A stretch of 64,000 bases of DNA, from the NCBI GenBank assembly GCA_041650415.1, contig JBAZLC010000003.1, forward strand, positions 2,033 to 66,032. Reading direction: 5' to 3'. The position numbers and the translations under genes were made by a program. The notes under the pieces were generated by a model. It was not told the DNA's origin and ran no database searches. It saw only the letters and a list, made by a program, of their open reading frames with translations. Below, piece by piece: positions 18,148 through 26,778 of the stretch. The DNA is from Minisyncoccota bacterium (GTDB lineage: Bacteria; Patescibacteriota; Minisyncoccia; UBA6257; UBA9933). Position 1 is the stretch's first letter. The number at the start of each line of letters is the position of its first letter.

Positions 18148-19383
18148 ATGTTAGACGTTAATTTAATCCGCCAAAATCCGGAAATCGTCAAAGAGGGAAT
18201 AAAAAAGAAGAATTACCCCCCGTCTTTGGTTGATGAATTTTTGGCAGTAGACGAGGAATGGCGGAAATTAACCGAAGAGACGGACGGACTGCGCTCCCAA
18301 CAAAAAAAACTTTCCGAGGAAAGAAAAATAGAAGAGGCAAAATCTTTAAAGGGGAAAATCCAATCTTTGGAGGAAAGTTTGCGTTCCGTTGAAGAAAAAA
18401 GAAAGCAACTTTTAAATAAGTTTCCGAATCTTCCTTTTGAAGACGTTCCGGTGGGAAAAGACGATTCCGGAAACGTTGTTTTAAAAGTTGTCGGCGATTT
18501 GCCGAAGTGGGATTTTGCGCCGAAAGATTACATGGAACTCGGCCAGAATCTCGGTATCATCGATACTGAAACAGCTTCAAAAACGAGCGGCAGCCGATTT
18601 GGTTATCTTAAAGGCGGAGCGGCAATGCTGGAATTCGCTCTGATTAAACTGGCGATGGAAAAGGCGATGAATAAGGGTTTTGTCCCGGTTGTGCCACCGG
18701 TAATGATAAAAAGCGAAATGATGAAAGCGATGGGTTATGTCGATCGCCGCGAAGATCAGGACGAAACTTATTTTTTGGATAAAGACGATTTGTATTTGGT
18801 AGGCACTTCCGAGCAATCAATCGGGCCGATGCATAGCGGAGAAATTTTTGATGAAAAAGATTTGCCGAAAAGATACGTCGGTTTTTCAACCTGTTTCAGG
18901 CGTGAAGCCGGTTCATACGGAAAAGACACAAAAGGTATTTTAAGAGTCCATCAGTTCGATAAAATCGAGATGTTCAGTTTTTGCAATCCGGAAAACTCCA
19001 AAGAAGAGCACGAATTGATTTTAAGCATTGAAGAAGAGCTTATGCAGGCGCTTAAATTGCCGTATCACGTTTTGAGGATTTGCACTGGCGATTTGGGTTC
19101 TCCGGCAGCGGCGAAATACGACGTCGAAACCTGGGTTCCGAGCGAAAATAAATACCGCGAAACTCATTCAACTTCAAATTGCACGGACTTCCAGGCAAGA
19201 AGGCTGAATATACGCTATAAAGACAAACAGCAGGGGAATAAATTCATCCATACGCTTAACGGCACGGCTTTTGCCATCGGCAGAATGATTATTGCCATTA
19301 TCGAAAACTACCAGCAAAAAGACGGCTCAATCTTGGTTCCCGAAGTTTTGCGGGAATATGTGGGAGTGGATAGGATAAAATAA
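18148..19383 (+). CDS. serS: Seryl-tRNA synthetase
   Basis: 411 aa with an N-terminal coiled coil plus class II motifs (FRREAGS, GTAFAIGR). Confidence 0.92.
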   Translation: MLDVNLIRQNPEIVKEGIKKKNYPPSLVDEFLAVDEEWRKLTEETDGLRSQQKKLSEERKIEEAKSLKGKIQSLEESLRSVEEKRKQLLNKFPNLPFEDVPVGKDDSGNVVLKVVGDLPKWDFAPKDYMELGQNLGIIDTETASKTSGSRFGYLKGGAAMLEFALIKLAMEKAMNKGFVPVVPPVMIKSEMMKAMGYVDRREDQDETYFLDKDDLYLVGTSEQSIGPMHSGEIFDEKDLPKRYVGFSTCFRREAGSYGKDTKGILRVHQFDKIEMFSFCNPENSKEEHELILSIEEELMQALKLPYHVLRICTGDLGSPAAAKYDVETWVPSENKYRETHSTSNCTDFQARRLNIRYKDKQQGNKFIHTLNGTAFAIGRMIIAIIENYQQKDGSILVPEVLREYVGVDRIK

Positions 19384-19401
19384 ACAACTTTAAAATTTAA
19401 A

Positions 19402-20244
19402 ATGACTCCCCATACCTATATCAATTTTGATAAAAAATATAAAAAGGAAGACCAAAAATTTAGGAAGTATAAAATTATCGCCGCAGTGGCGGGTTTTTTG
19501 ATTTTACTTGGCGGATTTTTTTATGCGGTTGTTTATTCACCCTTATTCCAAGTAATAAAGATTAACGTTGATAATCCGTTGGTTGACGGTGATTTTGCGA
19601 ATAATTTGAAAGATTTTTTCGTAAATCAGTCTAAATTCACCAAATTTCTTGGTCCGGATAATATTTTAATTTGGAATGGAAATAAATTGGAGAAATTTGA
19701 AAAAGATCCGGAGATCGCCGAGATAAGCCTTAAAAAAGATTACGCGGAAAGGACGATAGAGATTAACGTTAAATTACGGGAAAGATTCGGAGTGTGGTGC
19801 CAAAATAGCCAACAAGTGAATACCTCAAGCACCGAACAGCAAGTGGCAGAGTCTTGTTGGTGGTTTGATAAAGACGGCGTTCTTTTTGCAGCAGCGCCGG
19901 AACTTGAAGGAAATGCAATAAACAAGGTTGATGATTTTTCCGGCAGAGATTTGATGTTAGGTGGTTCGGCACTCGATGAAAGATTTATTTCTAATTTAAC
20001 CGGAATTTTCGGGGTTTTGGAAAAATCCGGTCTTGGCATACGGGCTTTAAAACTGGAAAATCTTGCTCTTCAGGAAATTGTTTTCGATCAGCCACAAACC
20101 TCTTTACCGAAAATATATTTTAGTTTGCGGGAAAATCCGGAATTTACTCTGGCGGCGATTAACGACTTAAAAAAAATCGGCCTGGAAAAAATAGCCTATA
20201 TCGATTTAAGAGTGGGGAATAGGGTGTACTACAAGCTTAGATAA
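19402..20244 (+). CDS. FtsQ/DivIB-like cell division protein (N-terminal TM plus POTRA-like domain)
   Basis: Cytoplasmic basic N-terminus, one TM, then FQVIKINVDNP and a C-terminal IDLRVGNRVYYKL resembling FtsQ. The call is by pattern, not a strong match. Confidence 0.5.
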   Translation: MTPHTYINFDKKYKKEDQKFRKYKIIAAVAGFLILLGGFFYAVVYSPLFQVIKINVDNPLVDGDFANNLKDFFVNQSKFTKFLGPDNILIWNGNKLEKFEKDPEIAEISLKKDYAERTIEINVKLRERFGVWCQNSQQVNTSSTEQQVAESCWWFDKDGVLFAAAPELEGNAINKVDDFSGRDLMLGGSALDERFISNLTGIFGVLEKSGLGIRALKLENLALQEIVFDQPQTSLPKIYFSLRENPEFTLAAINDLKKIGLEKIAYIDLRVGNRVYYKLR

Positions 20245-20313
20245 TTGGTGAATTGGTGAATTAGTTTTAAAACCAATTACCAAATTATCTAATTAACTAA
20301 TTATCCAATAAGC
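20245..20313. terminator. AT-rich convergent-junction hairpin (probable bidirectional terminator) carrying a 23-bp motif also found at 13258-13280
   Basis: TTGGTGAATTGGTGAATTAG...CCAATTACCAA inverted repeat, with AATTATCTAATTAACTAATTATC identical to the rplR-rpsE spacer. Confidence 0.35.
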
Positions 20314-21498
20314 TTACTTAGTCGCGTTATATATCGCCTGAATTTCGGCGGCTGAAAGCGCGCGGTTGTAAATGCGAACGTCGTCAATAAAGCCCGAAAA
20401 ATAGGCAGATGATGAATGTAGACATCCAGCATACCAATTTAAAAAAGTGGCCGAAAAAGGCGTTGTATGATTTCCTGAATTAACCTGAACGCCATTTAGA
20501 AAAACATATAATTTTTGCGAATCGCCCTTGCCAACAATATAATTCCATTGATTAGGAATAACAGTTCCTCCGGTTATAGCTCCTGTTTGTGCTCTGGTTA
20601 AAATAATCGCTCCTGAATTTACACCCAAATAATCATCTTTAAGGGCTTGTCGTCCAATTGCCGCTCCACTTGTAACAGATGTTGGATATATCCAGACAGA
20701 CCACGTAAAATTATATGTGTTTGAAAGTGGTATTGGTTCTCTATTTGTGCCAACTCTTTGAGTTGTTCCGTTAAAACTTAGCGCATAACTTCCGACTTTG
20801 CCTGTTGTATATGCAGGCCCATTCGTAAGAGTCCCATTATTTCCATTCCCACTCGAATCATATGCGGTAGTTCCGGAACCTTCATCAAACTTCCAATAGC
20901 CTACAAGTCCCATATCTCTCAATCCGGGAGTAAGAGACACATTAGTGCCGATAGAATAGACTCCGGGATAAGCATCGCCGTCTTTTATCGCAATATCTTG
21001 GTATTTAGTAGTTTCAAATAAAGCGGTTAAGCTCCAAGAGCCTCCCGTGACATATGTATAGTAATTTCCGGTACTTGTGGTATTTATAGGGTCTGCAGGC
21101 AAAGAACTCAAAGGATTGGTAAATGAAATATCGGAGAAATGAACCGGTATCCATCCCGTGCCATCGGTTTTTCTGTAGTTTGTTGAGTTGGAACAAGCAT
21201 AACTCCAGCCTGTAGGTAGAATAGGAAGTCCTAAATTGGCGCAGGTAGCCGAAGAATCGGGAATAGAGACGTATACTGTGTTTATAGAACCTATACTTGT
21301 GCCTCCATCGGCTTGATACAATCCTATAGCGCTATGAATTGTCTGCAGGTCCGACATTCTTGTTGAATCTCTGGCTGATCTCATCTGTTCTGCCGGATTT
21401 ATCGTTATTACCACTACTGCGGACAATATGGCTAAGACTGCGATGACTATGACAAGTTCAATTAATGTGAAGGAGTTAGGCCTGCTAATATTTCTCAT
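20314..21498 (-). CDS. Type IV pilin-like protein: N-terminal prepilin cleavage/methylation helix plus C-terminal LamG/concanavalin-A-like lectin domain
   Basis: N-terminus is MRNISRPNSFTLIELVIVIAVLAIL (class III signal/pilin helix). C-terminus has VGYWKFDEGSGTTAYDSSGNGNNGTL...IDDVRIYNRALSAAEI, a classic LamG_3 pattern. Confidence 0.8.
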   Translation of the reverse strand: MRNISRPNSFTLIELVIVIAVLAILSAVVVITINPAEQMRSARDSTRMSDLQTIHSAIGLYQADGGTSIGSINTVYVSIPDSSATCANLGLPILPTGWSYACSNSTNYRKTDGTGWIPVHFSDISFTNPLSSLPADPINTTSTGNYYTYVTGGSWSLTALFETTKYQDIAIKDGDAYPGVYSIGTNVSLTPGLRDMGLVGYWKFDEGSGTTAYDSSGNGNNGTLTNGPAYTTGKVGSYALSFNGTTQRVGTNREPIPLSNTYNFTWSVWIYPTSVTSGAAIGRQALKDDYLGVNSGAIILTRAQTGAITGGTVIPNQWNYIVGKGDSQKLYVFLNGVQVNSGNHTTPFSATFLNWYAGCLHSSSAYFSGFIDDVRIYNRALSAAEIQAIYNATK

Positions 21499-21501
21499 TG
21501 C

Positions 21502-23382
21502 TTACAATTTATAAATAAATATCGAAGTTCCCGCTTTATAGTCGGGTTGATAAGGATTTTTAATTTTTTGGAGCCATTGATATTCGTCTTCCGGATTTCG
21601 CTGCTGGCCTGGAACGAGTTTGCCTAAATTATTTTGGAGATTATTTATTGAAACCGCGAGCCAATGAATGCCGACATCGGCCGGATTGCCCTTGGAAGAT
21701 CTCCAATCTTCAAATTTATCATCTAAATAATAACTCGGGCTTCCTCCGCCAAAATATTCAACCGCGATTTTATCTACTTCTTGCGCCGCGACAAAATTTT
21801 TGAGTTTAATCAAATCTTGTCCCCAGTCGTAGTTTGAATCGGTTACGTATTGATAACCGTTTTTAGTTCCGCCGCCTAATTCGTTAAAGAATGAAAGAAA
21901 ATTTGGAGCGACAAGCAAAGTTTCGGCAAAATACCAAATGACGATCGCGCCGACAAAAACTCCTTTAATGGAAATTTTCAAAATATCGTTTTTAAAACTT
22001 TTAATTTTCGATTCAAAGCCTTCTCTTTGGTTTGAGCTGCCGTTATTAAACCATCTTTTGATTCCCGACGCGGCCAAAATGTAAATAAAAGGCAGAGTTG
22101 GAAGAATATGCCGGACGCCGATATTTAACGGGCTTTTCATGCTATAAGCCCAATAAAATATTACAAAAAATATCATTGAGAACTCGGCAAAATGCGTGCT
22201 TAGATAATTCAAAAAATTAATTTTGATACTTGATACTTGATACTTGATACTTTTGAAAATGTGCCAAATAGACACTATAAACGACAGAGCTATTAAAATT
22301 AATGAAGCGATTTGCTCTTTTAGCGCGAAAACAACGGGGAAGTAATACCACCAGCCTGCGGCTGAAACTTCGCCTAAGAAATAAGACGTGTTTCCTCCCG
22401 ATGAGCGTTGAAACACCATCAAAACTCCAAGTATGTATTCTCCAAGCGGCCGCAGAATTTTATTCCCCGCCATCATAATATTTAAATCGGCTATACATCT
22501 TATTCCTTTGCAGTTTTGTAACCCCCCGTCATTTCCGCCGGCGAAAGAAGTAAGTGTGAATTGGGTGTCTAAAATTTGTTTTTCAATGGGGTAATTCATG
22601 GTAAAGAGGAAATAAACGCCATAAACCAAAACATAGCCGATTATGAAAATAACTCCGGTCGCGAAAATATATTTCAACAGAGAAATGAATTTTTTCTCGC
22701 GCAAGACGAAAAGCGAAAAAATTATAATTAGAATTCCGAAAAAGGGGACGAGCAGAACGGCGGAAAATTTCATAAGTTGGGCGATGCCAAAAGCTATTCC
22801 CGCCCAAACAAAATTCTTTTTATTCGTGTTTAAGAGAAATTTTACAAAATAATAAGTCGCCGCGAATATTCCCAGTGCCGCGCCCAAATCGGTCGTTACA
22901 TAGTGACCGTGAGCCAGAACCGTGGGCGACATGGCGAAAAGAAAAGTCGGTAAAAGCGCCCACCAGCGGCCGATCAATTCCTTGGACCAGATAAAAATAA
23001 ATAGTATTAAAATAAGCGTTAATAATATTGGTCCAAAACGGGAAGTTTGGACTATTTGGTCGGCGTTATTGTCTGATTCGTAAAGGAATTGCGTTCCGGC
23101 CGCCCACTGGCCGTTAACATCGCTTTGCCACGCGGATTTATCGGTTGGGAAATTGAGATTTTCAAAAAGTAGCGGCAGAGCGGCTATGACTTTAATCAGT
23201 GGGGGATGCTCGGGGTTCAAACGGTAATCAAAATATTTTACATAACCGTAGCCTGCCGGAATATGCGCGAGTTCGTCCATAATCGCGGATTCTTGGCTTG
23301 AAGAATAAAGCATTAAACTGAAAGAAGACGCTATAATCAGAAAAGTAAAAGCCCATGGGAAAATTTTATTAATATTTATCAT
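21502..23382 (-). CDS. GT-C fold glycosyltransferase of the PMT/ArnT (GT39/GT83-like) family, 626 aa, multi-pass membrane
   Basis: An N-terminal DELAHIPAGYGY...RLNPEHPPL motif typical of PMT_2/ArnT transferases, with >10 TM helices. The gene is 4 bp upstream of the pilin gene and co-oriented. Confidence 0.7.
   Translation of the reverse strand: MININKIFPWAFTFLIIASSFSLMLYSSSQESAIMDELAHIPAGYGYVKYFDYRLNPEHPPLIKVIAALPLLFENLNFPTDKSAWQSDVNGQWAAGTQFLYESDNNADQIVQTSRFGPILLTLILILFIFIWSKELIGRWWALLPTFLFAMSPTVLAHGHYVTTDLGAALGIFAATYYFVKFLLNTNKKNFVWAGIAFGIAQLMKFSAVLLVPFFGILIIIFSLFVLREKKFISLLKYIFATGVIFIIGYVLVYGVYFLFTMNYPIEKQILDTQFTLTSFAGGNDGGLQNCKGIRCIADLNIMMAGNKILRPLGEYILGVLMVFQRSSGGNTSYFLGEVSAAGWWYYFPVVFALKEQIASLILIALSFIVSIWHIFKSIKYQVSSIKINFLNYLSTHFAEFSMIFFVIFYWAYSMKSPLNIGVRHILPTLPFIYILAASGIKRWFNNGSSNQREGFESKIKSFKNDILKISIKGVFVGAIVIWYFAETLLVAPNFLSFFNELGGGTKNGYQYVTDSNYDWGQDLIKLKNFVAAQEVDKIAVEYFGGGSPSYYLDDKFEDWRSSKGNPADVGIHWLAVSINNLQNNLGKLVPGQQRNPEDEYQWLQKIKNPYQPDYKAGTSIFIYKL
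22223..22250. repeat. Perfect heptanucleotide tandem repeat (TTGATAC)x4 inside the GT-C CDS
   Basis: TTGATACTTGATACTTGATACTTGATAC, read by eye; it encodes SIKYQVSSIKI in the minus-strand frame. Confidence 0.8.
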
Positions 23383-23571
23383 AAGGTCGCAAATTAATTA
23401 ATATTTTTATTTAATAAATCAAATTTCAATAAAATTCTATAAAAATTCTTTTAAAAAGTTATTAACATTTTAAGTATAACAAATTTGTTGTAAAATTAGA
23501 ATATAGGTAAGTTGATAAGTTAAAAATTAAATTAATCTTAAAGGTCGAAAAATTAATTAATAAAAAATAAA

Positions 23572-23691
23572 ATGGTTAAGAAAAAAGTAAAAAAAGCGTC
23601 AAAAAAAGTGAAGAAGGTAGCAAGAAAACCTTCTAAAAAGAAAGTGACCAAGAAAACAAAAAGGGCGGCTAAGAAAAAGAGCCGCAGATAA
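23572..23691 (+). CDS. Small lysine-rich basic protein (39 aa), hypothetical
   Basis: ATG...TAA ORF encoding MVKKKVKKASKKVKKVARKPSKKKVTKKTKRAAKKKSRR. It is not on the ORF track (<60 aa) and overlaps the next ORF by TAATG. Confidence 0.35.
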   Translation: MVKKKVKKASKKVKKVARKPSKKKVTKKTKRAAKKKSRR

Positions 23692-23996
23692 TGTATTTAA
23701 ACCCGCTTTGGACCAAGCATTCGGAGGCTAAGATGAGATTTCATGGCTTATCTAAGCAAAGGGTAAGGCGGGTTTTAAATTCTCCAAAAAGAATTGAAAC
23801 CGGCATAGCGCCGAATACGGTCGCGATGATGCAGGTTGCCGGAAGTAAAAAACACCCACATGAAATATGGGTGATGTTGCAAAAAAAGGCTAAGCAGACA
23901 AAAATAATTTCCGCCTGGCGGTATCCCGGGACAACCAAGCCCGGAGAACCATTGCCGGCGGAAATTATTTCGGAGATGGAGGAATCTTTACTTTAA
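23691..23996 (+). CDS. Hypothetical protein (101 aa)
   Basis: ORF with moderate complexity and no confident family assignment. Confidence 0.4.
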   Translation: MYLNPLWTKHSEAKMRFHGLSKQRVRRVLNSPKRIETGIAPNTVAMMQVAGSKKHPHEIWVMLQKKAKQTKIISAWRYPGTTKPGEPLPAEIISEMEESLL

Positions 23997-24167
23997 GTCG
24001 TAGCGTCTGGTGGGGTCTTCAAGATTTGCCTTTCTTTCATCTATTGCTTCTTTTTTGGTCATAACAACTCCATCGGGACCGATTTGAAAATCTCTTTTTT
24101 CTTCAGCCGGCGCCGCTTGTTGTCCTGCTTCGGGTTTTTCTCCTTTACTAAATATTTCTTTAAACAT
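23988..24167 (-). CDS. Hypothetical small protein (59 aa) convergent with the previous ORF
   Basis: Minus-strand ATG...TAA ORF (MFKEIFSKGEKPEAGQQAAPAEEKRDFQIGPDGVVMTKKEAIDERKANLEDPTRRYDLK); weak. Confidence 0.25.
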   Translation of the reverse strand: MFKEIFSKGEKPEAGQQAAPAEEKRDFQIGPDGVVMTKKEAIDERKANLEDPTRRYDLK

Positions 24168-24235
24168 TTTTATAATTAAAATCTAATTTGTCTTGCGACC
24201 TTGATTTATAATTGACATAATAATACCATAAAACC

Positions 24236-25249
24236 ATGAAACTTTCAATAGGGATAGTGGGTTTGCCGAACGTCGGTAAATCCTTGCTTTTTAAAACACT
24301 TACAAAACAGGAAATAAACGTCGCCAATTATCCTTTTGCTACCATAGACCCGAACGTGGGTGTGGTTGCGGTTCCCGATGAGCGGCTGGATAAACTGACA
24401 AAACTCAGTAAATCAAAGAAAACCATTCCGGCAGTGGTTGAATTTTACGATATCGCCGGATTAGTTAGGGGCGCTTACAAAGGCGAAGGGCTTGGGAATC
24501 AATTTCTTTCGCACATCCGCGATGTTGCCGCGATTGTCGAAGTCGTGCGATGTTTTGAATCTGCGGAAATAATTCACGTTGAAGAAAAAGTTAATCCGAT
24601 AAGGGATTTAGAAACGATAAACGCCGAACTGATTTTTAAAGATTTGGACGGCGTTGAAAAACGGCTTGCTAAACTTGAAGGCGAGGCAAGAAGTGGAGAC
24701 AAACAAAAAGCCAAAGATTTTGAGATTTTGAAAAAAATTCGTGAAGAATTAAACAACGGAAATTTGCTTTTTAAACTGGATAAAGAATTGCTTAACGAGC
24801 CGATAGTAAAAGAAATGAATTTATTGGCCGCCAAGCCGCAGATATATTTATTAAACGGCGCGCCCGAAGACGTAAGCGATGAACTTAAAGCGCGGATAAA
24901 ATCTTTGGGAGCGGATTATTTAATAATTAATCTGGCGGAAGCGGATTCAGACAGTATAAATAAACTGATTCAAAAAGCGTATGAAATACTGGATTTGATA
25001 AGTTTTTTGACTACCGGAGAAGACGAGACTCGCGCCTGGACAATCAGAAGGGGAGCAAAAGCTCCGGAAGCGGCCGGTGAAATTCATACCGATTTTGAGA
25101 AAAAATTCATTCGCGCCGAGACCGTAAATTGGCAAAAACTTATTGAGGCCGGTTCATGGACCGCGGCTAAACAAAAAGGCTGGCTAAGATTGGAAGGCAA
25201 AGACTATGTCGTTCAAGATGGAGACGTGCTTGAAATCCGGCACGGATAA
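24236..25249 (+). CDS. ychF: Ribosome-binding ATPase YchF (Obg-like GTPase family with TGS domain)
   Basis: GIVGLPNVGKS...ANYPFATIDPNVGVV...DIAGLVRGA and a C-terminal TGS domain (GKDYVVQDGDVL). Confidence 0.9.
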   Translation: MKLSIGIVGLPNVGKSLLFKTLTKQEINVANYPFATIDPNVGVVAVPDERLDKLTKLSKSKKTIPAVVEFYDIAGLVRGAYKGEGLGNQFLSHIRDVAAIVEVVRCFESAEIIHVEEKVNPIRDLETINAELIFKDLDGVEKRLAKLEGEARSGDKQKAKDFEILKKIREELNNGNLLFKLDKELLNEPIVKEMNLLAAKPQIYLLNGAPEDVSDELKARIKSLGADYLIINLAEADSDSINKLIQKAYEILDLISFLTTGEDETRAWTIRRGAKAPEAAGEIHTDFEKKFIRAETVNWQKLIEAGSWTAAKQKGWLRLEGKDYVVQDGDVLEIRHG

Positions 25250-25276
25250 GATTTTAGTCGCATATTATTTCCTCAT

Positions 25277-25339
25277 TAAGGTGCTATGACGCGTCATAGT
25301 GCTATGCTATAGCATAGCACTTGAAAAATGGCACCTTTT
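25277..25339. terminator. Bidirectional terminator made of overlapping perfect palindromes
   Basis: CTATGACGCGTCATAG (16 bp) and AGTGCTATGCTATAGCATAGCACT (24 bp), flanked by AAGGTGC...GCACCTTTT. It lies between convergent ychF and the PAP2 gene. Confidence 0.6.
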
Positions 25340-25365
25340 ATCTCTTAATGGAGAATTTATTTATA

Positions 25366-26004
25366 CTATTCCGAAATAAGTTTATAGCTTTTAGGAAAGA
25401 GTTTTTTTGAAATCTCAAAAATAGAATAAGTTATGAAAAACGCAGCGGCGACATCAATGGAATAGTGGTAATGGCCGAGCAGAACCAGTATGCCGAAAAT
25501 GATTGAAATCGCGATAAAGGTTATTCTTAGGCGGAATTGTTTCCAAAAAATCAGCGCCATTAAAAACGGCATTCCCGTGTGTCCCGAAAAGAAAAGGTCT
25601 CCACCGAAAAATACTTTGCCGATAAGCCGGCTGTCCGGAAGTGGAGCGAGTTCGGGATACAAGCCGATATGAGTAAGTGTGATAAAAATAGAACGGATTA
25701 AAATAAATAAAGCGATTGACTTAAGAGTAAAAGGAAAATATTTAGGTTCACAAAGAAGAACAATAAAGCCGAAAATAAAAATCGTTACGCCGCCATAAAC
25801 GAATAAATCGCCGACATTCATAACGGGGATATTATCTAAAATAAGGTCGGCTACTCCATTGCTGGCTTTTCTGGTGGCGAAAACGCTCGCGCCGTAGTTT
25901 ATAAAAAAACTTGTGATTAAAAAAATTGCGCCGAAGGCGGTTGAGTTAATAAATTCTTTTTGTGTCCACTGATTTTTATGTTTGGCAATTAAATCACGAA
26001 TCAT
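25366..26004 (-). CDS. PAP2-superfamily membrane phosphatase-like protein
   Basis: Multi-TM, with FSGHTGMP (PSGH-like) and GHYHYSIDV (SRxxxxxHxxxD-like) motifs. Confidence 0.6.
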   Translation of the reverse strand: MIRDLIAKHKNQWTQKEFINSTAFGAIFLITSFFINYGASVFATRKASNGVADLILDNIPVMNVGDLFVYGGVTIFIFGFIVLLCEPKYFPFTLKSIALFILIRSIFITLTHIGLYPELAPLPDSRLIGKVFFGGDLFFSGHTGMPFLMALIFWKQFRLRITFIAISIIFGILVLLGHYHYSIDVAAAFFITYSIFEISKKLFPKSYKLISE

Positions 26005-26042
26005 AGTTTAAATAATACAAATTTTTTCGGCTTAAATCAAGT

Positions 26043-26071
26043 TTGACAAATAGGGGATTTTGTTTTAATAT
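26043..26071 (+). promoter_or_regulatory. Sigma70-like promoter (TTGACA, 17-nt spacer, TAATAT) for the 26123 gene
   Basis: TTGACAAATAGGGGATTTTGTTTTAATAT, read by eye. Confidence 0.45.
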
Positions 26072-26122
26072 AGCTGGAAAAGCAGTTCACTAAAAAATCC
26101 ATACAGGAAGGAGATTTAGACA

Positions 26123-26719
26123 ATGGAAGGTATCTATGAGTTTTTGTATTGGTGCCCAATGTGGGCGGTTGCGGGCGCGTTGTATTTCTTGGTTATCGGC
26201 ATCCTTTTTATTATCCGTGACTGGCAGGAAGGGTTGCCGTATAACATTTCCGTGGCGTCGCAGCAGGGTGATTTAGCTCTGATTGTGGCGATTCTCATCG
26301 GCGTGGAAATCCTGAAACGGCAACAATCGTTGCCGGAGTGGATGGGGACAAATTTTCAATTCATACTTTTCGCGGTGAGCGTTTCATTTGGTCTTTTATA
26401 CCAACTCGTCGTTTTTTTTCTCGGCAATAAGTGGGGGACGGCTGCGGACGCTTTTCATAACATGTTCATCGCGCCGTTGCTCCTGTTTATGCTGGTTACC
26501 ACAGTCCCAGTCACCGTGCTCTATGGCGTATGGTTTGAAAAAACATGTGTCATTTTTTGTCTACTTGTGTGGCTTTTGACCTTACTCTTTGATATCATAG
26601 ACGGTCGCCTTCAGCAACCGGAGTGGCACGCGGACCATGGTATCGACTTGCCGCTTTGTCGTGTGCGGCGACGAGACCGGTTAGGCGCCTTATTGGGAGT
26701 GCCAAAGAATATTCCTTAG
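26123..26719 (+). CDS. Hypothetical polytopic membrane protein (GC-richer than surrounding genome, SD-preceded)
   Basis: 198 aa and hydrophobic, with AGGAAGGAG 7 nt upstream of the ATG. Local GC is visibly higher. Confidence 0.5.
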   Translation: MEGIYEFLYWCPMWAVAGALYFLVIGILFIIRDWQEGLPYNISVASQQGDLALIVAILIGVEILKRQQSLPEWMGTNFQFILFAVSVSFGLLYQLVVFFLGNKWGTAADAFHNMFIAPLLLFMLVTTVPVTVLYGVWFEKTCVIFCLLVWLLTLLFDIIDGRLQQPEWHADHGIDLPLCRVRRRDRLGALLGVPKNIP

Positions 26720-26748
26720 ACTTACATATCGCATGCAGTCAATACGCC

Positions 26749-26778
26749 CGCCTTTTCTTCGGAAAAGGCGGTTTTTTA
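26749..26778. terminator. Intrinsic terminator (CGCCTTTTC-TTCG-GAAAAGGCG plus T-run) at a convergent junction
   Basis: Perfect 9-bp stem followed by TTTTTTATTTTT. Confidence 0.6.
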
